A stretch of 64,000 bases of DNA from Planctomycetota bacterium (GTDB taxonomy: Bacteria > Planctomycetota > UBA8108 > SXIK01). This document shows positions 1 to 8,200 of this stretch, in pieces. Position numbers and translations under genes: made by a program. The number at the start of each line of letters is the position of its first letter. The first letter of the stretch is position 1. The notes below the pieces were generated by a model that had not been told where the DNA came from, made no database searches, and saw only the letters and a list, made by a program, of their open reading frames with translations. Where the stretch lies: assembly GCA_965223845.1 (NCBI GenBank), contig CBDCXR010000004.1:5760001-5824000 (forward strand). The letters are read 5' to 3'.

Positions 1-1268
1 TCGAGCAGCTTGAACTCAACCGGGATCCGATCCATGTAGAACATCGTGAGAGGGAACACCTCCGTTCCCGTAAGGAGCCAAATCCAGCGCTGGATCGTAT
101 TCACGAAATACGCGAAGCCGATCCCGTAGACCGCTCCCAAAACGGTTCCGGAGACGCACAAAACGAGTCCCATGCGGAGGAATATCCCGGCGCTTCCCCA
201 CCGCGTAACCCCCATCGCCTGAAGAACGCCGATGTCGCGGGTCTTCTCGACGACCTGAACGGTGAGGATGATGAAAATCATGAAGCCGCCGAAAAGAACG
301 GAGATGCCGAGGATGAGACTGGTCAGCCCTTTCTCGATCTTGAGGGCACGAAGAAGCTGAGCCTTCTCTTCGCGCCACGTTCGCGTGCGGGCGAAGAAGA
401 TGTCGTTCTCGTCGAGCGCCGTCCGAATGCTCTCGCTCACTTCGGCGAGCTCGCGCTCCCCGCGCACTTCCGGAGCGACGGACACGCGCACGCCGGAGGC
501 GACGGGACGCGCGCCGGCGGAGAGAGAAAGAAACCCGTCCGCGACGTCGAGCCCCATCAGGATGCCGTTGACGTCGAGCTCATAAATCCCCGTCTTGAAG
601 TAACCCGCGACGATGAACTCCTGCGTGACCGGAGTGAACGTGGTCGGTGAGTAGGCCGTGAGCGATATGAGCGACCCAGGCAGCAAATAGTCGCGCAGCA
701 GGCTCTCGAGACCGACGACGATGGGACGCGGGTACGGTCCCTCGTCGGGGAACATCCCGGGCTTCCGTCGACCGATCGCGCGCCAAAGACCGTCGCGCAC
801 CCACTCGTCCGTAAACAGTTCGCGCGGATCTTCCGGCACGGAGCGAAAGAGCGACAGGCGCTCCATACGCGCCGCCCGGATGTAATCGGCGAAGCCGCCC
901 GCTTCGAATTCCGCCTCGATATCGAACGCCTTGAGGAATCGAGTTTCGAGCGCGGCGCTGTTCCCCGCCGGCCCGGACGGACGATAGAGAACCATCGTCT
1001 CGACGTACGGAACGGCGGACGTGACGCCAGGGACCTCCTTCACGACGCGCGCGACGTCGAGCGGATCCTTGAGATCGATGTAGAGCTTGCTCGCGACCGT
1101 GATGTCCGAACCCGTGCCGCGGATCTTCCGCTTGTGCTCGCCGCGGAATCCCTCGAGGACCGAGACGATGACGATGAGAAGGGCGACGCTGCACGCGACA
1201 ACGACGAGCGCGGCGAGCGGGATCGCGCGCGAAATGAGGTAACGAGTGACGAGGAACCACTTATACAT
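1..1268 (-). CDS. LolC/LolE (FtsX-like) lipoprotein-releasing ABC transporter permease, 3' end beyond window
   Basis: Not in the ORF track because there is no stop in the window. Manual translation from ATG 1268 is open to the edge: MYKWFLVTRYL...VALLIVIVSVLEGF...TWREEKAQLLRALKIEK...VVEKTRDIGVLQAMG...FYMDRIPVE, the typical LolC/E motifs. Confidence 0.88.
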   Translation of the reverse strand, partial: MYKWFLVTRYLISRAIPLAALVVVACSVALLIVIVSVLEGFRGEHKRKIRGTGSDITVASKLYIDLKDPLDVARVVKEVPGVTSAVPYVETMVLYRPSGPAGNSAALETRFLKAFDIEAEFEAGGFADYIRAARMERLSLFRSVPEDPRELFTDEWVRDGLWRAIGRRKPGMFPDEGPYPRPIVVGLESLLRDYLLPGSLISLTAYSPTTFTPVTQEFIVAGYFKTGIYELDVNGILMGLDVADGFLSLSAGARPVASGVRVSVAPEVRGERELAEVSESIRTALDENDIFFARTRTWREEKAQLLRALKIEKGLTSLILGISVLFGGFMIFIILTVQVVEKTRDIGVLQAMGVTRWGSAGIFLRMGLVLCVSGTVLGAVYGIGFAYFVNTIQRWIWLLTGTEVFPLTMFYMDRIPVEFKLL

Positions 1269-1570
1269 TCGGAAGGTTCCTCGAGAGTCGTTCCCGTTCC
1301 CGACGGACGACGAATCCGCCTGCCGCGCGCGCGCGCGGCGAGAGATCGCGAGCCGGATCCCAGTGCGTCAGCCGTCTCGACGAATCGCTCCGGCTCAGGT
1401 TCATCCGCGAGCTCAACTGGCGGGATCTCCGATACGAGAGTAAGAGAAGAAGTGAGTCGAGATCGGGAGCGGGGAAGACGTTCTACGGACGGCGTTAGTG
1501 TAGCGGTTCTTCCCGAAACCTCTACCCGCGCGGCCGCGCACCCAGCTCCTTCCCCTTCGCGGGAAGCGTA

Positions 1571-1579
1571 TGCTACACT
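1571..1579 (+). promoter_or_regulatory. extended -10 promoter candidate for aspS
   Basis: TGcTACACT about 80 nt upstream of ATG 1661. Confidence 0.4.
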
Positions 1580-1660
1580 TCGAAGCTTGTGCCGATCGCC
1601 TCGACACCGTGTATTTCGCCACCCCGACGCCCCCTCCGCGCCGAGTCACCCTCCCAAAAG

Positions 1661-2959
1661 ATGCCGCGCATCCTCTCCTCACTCGCGCTCGAGCGACCCG
1701 GCGAGACCGTCCGTCTCGCCGGCTGGGTGCACAACATCCGCACCTTTCGCGACGTCGAGTTCATCATTCTTCGCGACGCGGGCGGGCTCATTCAGACGGT
1801 GCGTACACCCGACAGCGGGGTCGACATAAGCGGCCTCGGTAAGGAATTCGTCGTCGCTGTCGAAGGAACCGTCGTCGCCGACGAACGAGCTCCGGGAGGC
1901 GGCGAGGTTCACCTGAGCGCCCTCGAAATCCTCTCCGAAGCCGAGGAGCCGCCGCTCGAGATCAATCGTCCGGCGGTCATCGCGAAGACCCATCTCGACA
2001 AGATCCTCGACCACCGCACGACCTCCGTCCGTTCGCTCCCCGTCCGCGCGATCTTCAAGGTGCAAGCGAAGATCCTCGAAGCCTTCGCCGAGTTCCTTCG
2101 CTCGGAGGGCTTCTTCGAGTTCAAGAGCTCGAAGATCGTCGGAACCGGCACTGAAGGCGGGGCGAACGTCTTCGAGATCGATTACATGGGACGGCCGGCA
2201 TTCCTCGCGCAGTCGCCGCAGTTCTATAAGCAAATCATGGTCGGGAGCGGCTTCGAGAGGGTCTTCGAGATCGGCCCCGTCTACCGCGCCGAAAAGCACG
2301 AGACCTCGCGCCACCTGAACGAGTACACGTCGCTCGACTTCGAGATGGGATTCATCGAGAGCGAGCAGGACGTGATCGCGATGCACACGGGCGTCATTCG
2401 CCACATCTGCCAACGAGTGCGCGAGGGCTGCGGTCCGGAGTGCGCCCTCCTCGGCGCGGAAATCCCGACGGTCGGCGACGCGATCCCGCAGGTCGAGTTC
2501 GCCGAGGCGATCGACATCGTACGCGAGCGCGGTCACGAGGTTCACGGGAAGGATCTCGATCCCGAAGCGGAGCGAAAGCTCTGCGAGTGGTCTGAACGCG
2601 AGCGCGGCTCGAGCTTCCTCTTCGTCACGGGCTTTCCGATCGCGAGTCGGCCGATGTACACCGCGACGCGAAACGACGATCCGAGCGTCTCACGCAGCTT
2701 CGACCTCCTCTTCCGCGGACTCGAGATCACGACGGGAAGCCAGCGCATCCACGATTACCGGTCGCTCATCGCCGGACTCGAGGCGAAGGGACTCGATCCC
2801 GCGGTGTACGACGGGTACTTGAGCGCGTTTCGCCACGGCATGCCGCCCCACGGCGGCCTCGGTCTCGGCCTCGAGCGGCTCACCATGCAGCTCCTCGGGC
2901 TCAAGAACGTCAAGGAAGCGACGCTCTTCCCGCGCGATCGTTCACGCCTCGAGCCGTAG
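1661..2959 (+). CDS. aspS: aspartate--tRNA(Asp/Asn) ligase, short archaeal-type, probably non-discriminating
   Basis: OB fold GWVHNIR...FIILRD; class II motifs LAQSPQFYKQ, VYRAEKHETSRHLNEY, GMPPHGGLGLGLERL, FPRD; no GAD insertion. Start ATG 1661 preferred over 1589. Confidence 0.93.
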   Translation: MPRILSSLALERPGETVRLAGWVHNIRTFRDVEFIILRDAGGLIQTVRTPDSGVDISGLGKEFVVAVEGTVVADERAPGGGEVHLSALEILSEAEEPPLEINRPAVIAKTHLDKILDHRTTSVRSLPVRAIFKVQAKILEAFAEFLRSEGFFEFKSSKIVGTGTEGGANVFEIDYMGRPAFLAQSPQFYKQIMVGSGFERVFEIGPVYRAEKHETSRHLNEYTSLDFEMGFIESEQDVIAMHTGVIRHICQRVREGCGPECALLGAEIPTVGDAIPQVEFAEAIDIVRERGHEVHGKDLDPEAERKLCEWSERERGSSFLFVTGFPIASRPMYTATRNDDPSVSRSFDLLFRGLEITTGSQRIHDYRSLIAGLEAKGLDPAVYDGYLSAFRHGMPPHGGLGLGLERLTMQLLGLKNVKEATLFPRDRSRLEP

Positions 2960-3186
2960 GCAGCAGCGACGGAGCGCGCGCCGTCCGAAAACTCGACGCT
3001 CGCCGGGCCCGTCTCAAGATCCTTCGGCTGTCGTACCGACGGAGTCCACAAGGGTTGTGTGGATACGAGATACGGCCATCCGAATTCGTGCGAGTCTTCC
3101 TCGCCTCGAGACGGGCCGCTCCCATCGATTCACCGTCGACTCCGAATCGGAACTACGGCGGGCAGTCCCCAAGCAATCGGAAGATC

Positions 3187-3636
3187 ATGATTCGGTCGCC
3201 GGCTCAGCGCACCTGCGGATTCACTCTCATCGAGCTCATGATCGTCGTCGCGGTGATCGCCGTCTTGATGTCGATGGCGATTCCCGTCATCAGCAACGCT
3301 CGCATTGCCGCGAACGAAGGATCGACCGTGAGCTCGATGCGCTCCATCGTTTCGGCGAACGAAACCTACAAGACCCGCTTCGGATCGTACGCCGGGCAGC
3401 TCACCGACCTGAGCGCGCGCGGAATGCTCGACACGACGCTCGGAAACGCAGGAGTCGTTCCCGGGAAAGCCGGGTACACCGTGGCCTACACGGGAACACA
3501 GCACACCTACTCCGCTAGCGCCCAGCCGATCTCGGTCGGCCATTCGGGTCGGCGTTTCTTCTTCGTCGATCACAGCGGGGTGATCCGCCACAACGAAGGC
3601 ACGCCGGCAACCAGCACGTCGCCGCCGGTCGACTGA
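3187..3636 (+). CDS. prepilin-type N-terminal cleavage/methylation protein (type IV pilin-like)
   Basis: G^FTLIELMIVVAVIAVL motif with E5; ARIAANE; C-terminal GRRFFFVDHSGVIR. Confidence 0.88.
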   Translation: MIRSPAQRTCGFTLIELMIVVAVIAVLMSMAIPVISNARIAANEGSTVSSMRSIVSANETYKTRFGSYAGQLTDLSARGMLDTTLGNAGVVPGKAGYTVAYTGTQHTYSASAQPISVGHSGRRFFFVDHSGVIRHNEGTPATSTSPPVD

Positions 3637-3642
3637 CGGCAC

Positions 3643-4425
3643 TCAGCGGCCGCCCGAAGCGACGAGAATCAACCCGAGCAGAGCGAGCGTACCGCAGACG
3701 ACGAGGCGGAACTGACGCTCCGAAGCGCGGCGGTGCGCGGCGAACCCAATCGCCGTCCCCGCGATCGCCGCGGGAACGAGCCACAGCGCGGCGGCGAGCT
3801 CCGGCTCGCCGATGAGTCCCGCTGCGCCGTAGGACGCGAGACGAACGACGTTCGCCACGAGAAAGTAAGCGAGAAGGGTCGCGCGAAACGAAGCCTTCGC
3901 GAGTCCGAGGTGCTGGAAGTAGGCGACGAGCGGCGGCGCGGCGGCGCCGAAGAGCCCGCCGAGAACACCGGCCGCGAAACCGGCGACCGCATCGAGGTAC
4001 CAGCGCGGCGACGCCTTCGTCCGCGCGCCGGACGTCTCGCGATCCAGCAGCGTTCGTCGCCCCATCCAGATCCCCATCGCCGCGACTACGACTCCGAGAA
4101 CACGCTTCAGCCACGTGGCGTCGCCGGTCGCGAGAAGGTAGACGCCGGCAGCCATTCCGATCGCCGTCGGCGGGAAGAGTCGAGCGAGCATCGGCCACGC
4201 CGCCTCGCGATGAGAACGCGCGACGACCCAGACCTCAGTGAGGAGCGCGAGCACCCCGATGATCATCACCGCGGGCGCCAGGTCGGGAAGAACGAGCGCG
4301 AGGAGCGCGAGACCGACCATCCCCGCCCCGAACCCAGCCGTGGCGTAGACAAACTGCGCGAACGCGACCGTCAGCGCCGAGAGAACGAACGCCTGCACGT
4401 CCGGAAAGACCTCCGGGAGCGCCAT
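3643..4425 (-). CDS. TauE/SafE family (sulfite exporter-like) membrane protein
   Basis: AGFGAGMV and GVLGGLFGAAAPP repeats, multiple TM helices; ATG 4425 overlaps the upstream stop. Confidence 0.85.
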   Translation of the reverse strand: MALPEVFPDVQAFVLSALTVAFAQFVYATAGFGAGMVGLALLALVLPDLAPAVMIIGVLALLTEVWVVARSHREAAWPMLARLFPPTAIGMAAGVYLLATGDATWLKRVLGVVVAAMGIWMGRRTLLDRETSGARTKASPRWYLDAVAGFAAGVLGGLFGAAAPPLVAYFQHLGLAKASFRATLLAYFLVANVVRLASYGAAGLIGEPELAAALWLVPAAIAGTAIGFAAHRRASERQFRLVVCGTLALLGLILVASGGR

Positions 4426-4991
4426 CACTCTGCAAGAGAGCGAGGACGACCCGCGTCGTCGTCGGAGACTCGACCACGAACGACGAAGAGGAGCGCGATC
4501 AAGAGGAGCGCCATCTTCGCCAGCTCGAGACCCGTGTAGAGTCGATGGAGCGTCGAGAAGCTCTCGAGCTCGGGCGGGGGTGGTTCGCGCGAAGCGAAAT
4601 CGAGATCTCGCCCGATCGAAATGATCTCCGGTGCCAGAACGAAGGACAGGGAGACGACGATCCCGAGCGCGAGAGCCACGCTCAAGAAGGCGGCTCGCCG
4701 GCGGCAGCGAGCGAACACGACGCCGAGGGTGACGATCCCGAGCGCGAGCTGCACACGGTTCCACGCGGTGAACTGCGCGCGATTGAGCTCGCTCGCGTAG
4801 ACCCAAATGACGCTCGTCTTTTTCGCGTTTTCATTCTCGGGCTCGAAGCCGGCTCGCTCCGCAAGCGCGGTGTTCGCTTCGAACGACGGCGTGATCCCGA
4901 CGAAGTTGTAGGTGACGACCGCGACGAGAAAGACACTCCCGCCGAGCCAGAGACCGAGGAGAAAGCCCGCGAACGGTGAGTGTCGGCGCAC
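4425..4991 (-). CDS. four-TM membrane protein (DUF4149/TMEM205-like)
   Basis: GLWLGGSVF near the N-terminus, FSTLHRLY near the C-terminus, four hydrophobic segments; coupled to the TauE gene. Confidence 0.7.
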   Translation of the reverse strand: MRRHSPFAGFLLGLWLGGSVFLVAVVTYNFVGITPSFEANTALAERAGFEPENENAKKTSVIWVYASELNRAQFTAWNRVQLALGIVTLGVVFARCRRRAAFLSVALALGIVVSLSFVLAPEIISIGRDLDFASREPPPPELESFSTLHRLYTGLELAKMALLLIALLFVVRGRVSDDDAGRPRSLAE

Positions 4992-5212
4992 GGATCGTCT
5001 CTCTTTCGATAGCTGCCAAAAGTACGAAAAAGCCGCGACGCCCTTCTACTCAACTCGGCGAGACAACTGAAGCCCCGGGGCGAGATTCAGAGCTCGATCC
5101 GCTGGATCGTCTCCTCCGACAAGACTCTCCGTCTCCTTCGTCTCTCTCTGCGCTTCGCGCTCCTCGCGTGCTTCGTAGGAATCTCGGCGAGTCCGTGAAA
5201 CGACCCGCGAGT

Positions 5213-8200
5213 TCACCGCTCGACCACTCGCGGAGCGTCGAGATCGCTCGCCGCATCGACGGTGAGTCCGCCGCGATCGACGACGATCACGTCCCCGCTC
5301 GAGCTGAAGGCCGCGCCGCCGACGATCGAGAGCGTATCGACGGCGAAGGCGCCGGTGTACGCGTCACCGGGCGATCCGAGAGTTCGAAGGTCGATGCCGC
5401 CCGCGGTCGTGAGCGACGCGGCGTCGTTCGACACGATCGCGATCGCTTGCGCCTCCGCGTCTGCGATAATGACCGCGTGGTCCGCGACCCCGCTGTCGGT
5501 CGCCGGGAACGCGAAACTCCCTTCGAGAGTACGCTCGCCCAGCGCGACGATCGTTCCCGTACCGACCGGGCGAAGCCGCGCCCGGAACCCTTCGGCGACG
5601 CGACCTCCCGCGTCGATGACGAGGTCGTCGCGACCGAATCGCGAACGCCAGAGGACCGTTCCCGCGCCACCGATCGAGCTCGGCTTCGACACCGCCGGAA
5701 CGAGCCCTCCCCCGTACGCGTGCACTTCACCGGAGAAGTCATCGGCGAGGTACTCGATCGCGACGCGGCCGCCGCCGCCCGCGCCGGCACCGAAGAAGCC
5801 GTTCACGTTTCCTCCGTCGGCGCTGATCTCGCCCGTCCCATCGATGGTGCGCACGCTGATCCTGACGCTCCCGCCCGCGCCGGCGCCACCGGGACGCTCC
5901 GTGATCTCGACGCCCCCGCCGTCCGCGCTGATGCGTCCGTCGATCCGGATGGTGCGAGCTTCGAGATCGATGACGCCGCCACCGTTGTACGCCGTCTCGA
6001 GGGAGCCGATCCGGCCGCTCCCTCCGCCGCCCGGAAAGACCGGCGCCGCGAAGCTCCCGAAGGGAGGCGACGCGTCGCGGCCGAGCCCCGGCCCGTCGTT
6101 CTGGTAGCCGCCGAGACCGCCGTGGCTCCCGCCCGTTCTGCCACCGACCTCGACGACGCGATGATCGGACGTCACGCCCGCGCTCTCCGCGCGACCGCCG
6201 CGGTTTCCTCCTAGATAGCCCTTCGCCACCGCGTCGAGCGCACTCTCGGCGTCGATGAAGATCGTCCCGGTCGCGACGACGGTAAGCGGCCAAAACTGCC
6301 CGAGACTCGGCTCCGGCACCGTCGCCCGCGACGCGATCAAGTCGATGTCTCCCGCGACGATCGCTCCGCCGACGATGAGCTCGCTTCGCTCGACGGTGAG
6401 CCGGCCGCACGCGAGCTCGTCGCGAACGCTGAGATCGAGATCGGTGAGCGCGACCGTGTCGAACACCGCACCGTCGATCGGACGGAGCGCGCGGACGTCG
6501 AAGCCCGCATCGCGGAGCGTGAGACTCGGGCCGCTCCCACGCCAGAGGGTCGCCGCACGAAGCGCGCCGTCTTCCGCACTCCAATCGGCATCGCTCGCGG
6601 GCAACTCGACGTCGTCGTCCGTCCAAAGTCCTCCGCCACCGCGGAGATGCAGCTCGCGCGGCCGAAGCACGCCGCGAAACGTCGCCCCGACTTCGGTCAC
6701 GCCGCGGAGCCCGGTCGTCGTTTCGATGCGCGCACCATCGACCGCCAGGATGCGAACGACGTCGAGGCGATCGTCTCCGCTGTTCGCATCGATCTCGAGT
6801 CCGACGACGTCCGCGGGGAACTCGCCCTCGCTCTGGACGATGAAATCGTCACCCAGCTCGGCGATGGTCCCGCTCTCGACCCCGAGTGCGAGGGTTCCGG
6901 GGCGGTCTCGAGCAGTCCCGCTCCCGTCGACGATCAGCTCGCCGCCCGCCGCGGCACCGATCTCGACGAGCACCGTGCCGGCACTCCCGGCGCGCGCGGC
7001 ATCGTCCCGATCGTCGAGGAGAACGCCGCCCGCCGCACGCCATCGAGTCGCGTCGAACGCCGGCGCTTCGGCCGCGACGACGTGGATGCGTCCGCCCGAG
7101 CCGGCGCCGGGTCGCTCGCTCCCGACGCGGCGCGTCGATCCACCCTCCGCGCGCGCGAATCCGCTCCCGGTGAGGCGTTCGACGCGAACGGCTATGCTTC
7201 CGCCCGCTCCGGCACCCGCTCCGTCGCCGAGTTCCCCGTCGGCGACGATCGCGCCCTCGAGAACAAACGCGCCCGCGCGGATCTTCACCGCACCGCCGCC
7301 GTTGCCGCCGCCGCGACTCAACGCCGAGTCTGCGGCGCCGCCCGCGCCGAACGAACTAGGATCTCGCAGACGCCCGTACGCAGTCAGGACCGGAATCGCG
7401 CTTCCCGATTCGCCGTCGCCGCCGACTCCCGCGTGCGCGCCACCGCTCAGCGCGCCACCCACGGCGAGACCGGGTGCGGTCTCACCGCCGATTTCGCGCC
7501 GACCGTCCCGCGCTCCTCCGCGGTAACCTCGCCCGGTGACGTCGATGCGACTCGCACCGTCGAGAGAGAGGGTCCCGTCTACTTCGAGCTCGACGCGCGC
7601 GAACTCGCCCCCGAGCGACCGTCCCGCGGTGAGGATCGCGCCTTCGAGCCGCAGCGCACTCGCCCGAAGCGGCGCGAAGACGAGCACGGTTCGCCCGCTA
7701 AATCGAAGCGAGAGCGGAGCGAAGTCCGTCGCCGCGGTGGGATCGGTCCCCGCGGCGAGCTCGCTTCCGTCGTCGAGCGCGTCACCGTCGGTGTTCGCAT
7801 CGCCCGGATGAGTTCCTTCGGCGACCTCGAACTCGTTCGAGAGACTGTCGCCGTCGCTGTCCTCTTCGGCATCGGGAACCCCGTCCCCGTCGCTGTCGGT
7901 GCGCAGCGGATCGAGAGAGAGACCATCCTCGACGCCATCGAGGAGTCCATCGTCGTCCGAGTCCGGGTCGCGGGGATCAGAACCGAGGGCGAGCTCGCGC
8001 GCGACGGAGAGCCCATCGCCGTCGAAATCCTCTGCGCCGTCCGGCGTTCCATCGCCGTCGGTGTCCGCCCGAGCGGGATGCGTCCCCGTAATCTCCACCT
8101 CGTCGGCGTCGCGGAGGCCGTCCCCATCGGTGTCGACAAGCGACGGATCCGTCACGAAGCCGTCGGCACCGCCGGTCGACTCCTCGCGGTCGTCGATGCC

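Noticed and set aside
16-1260. ORFs 16-378 and 580-1260 as separate genes or a frameshifted pseudogene
   Set aside because: A third frame from ATG 1268 is continuously open and encodes the LolC/E permease.
1490-1560. tRNA-like start (GTTAGTGTAGCGGTT) or T-box before aspS
   Set aside because: No cloverleaf, T-loop or T-box consensus follows.
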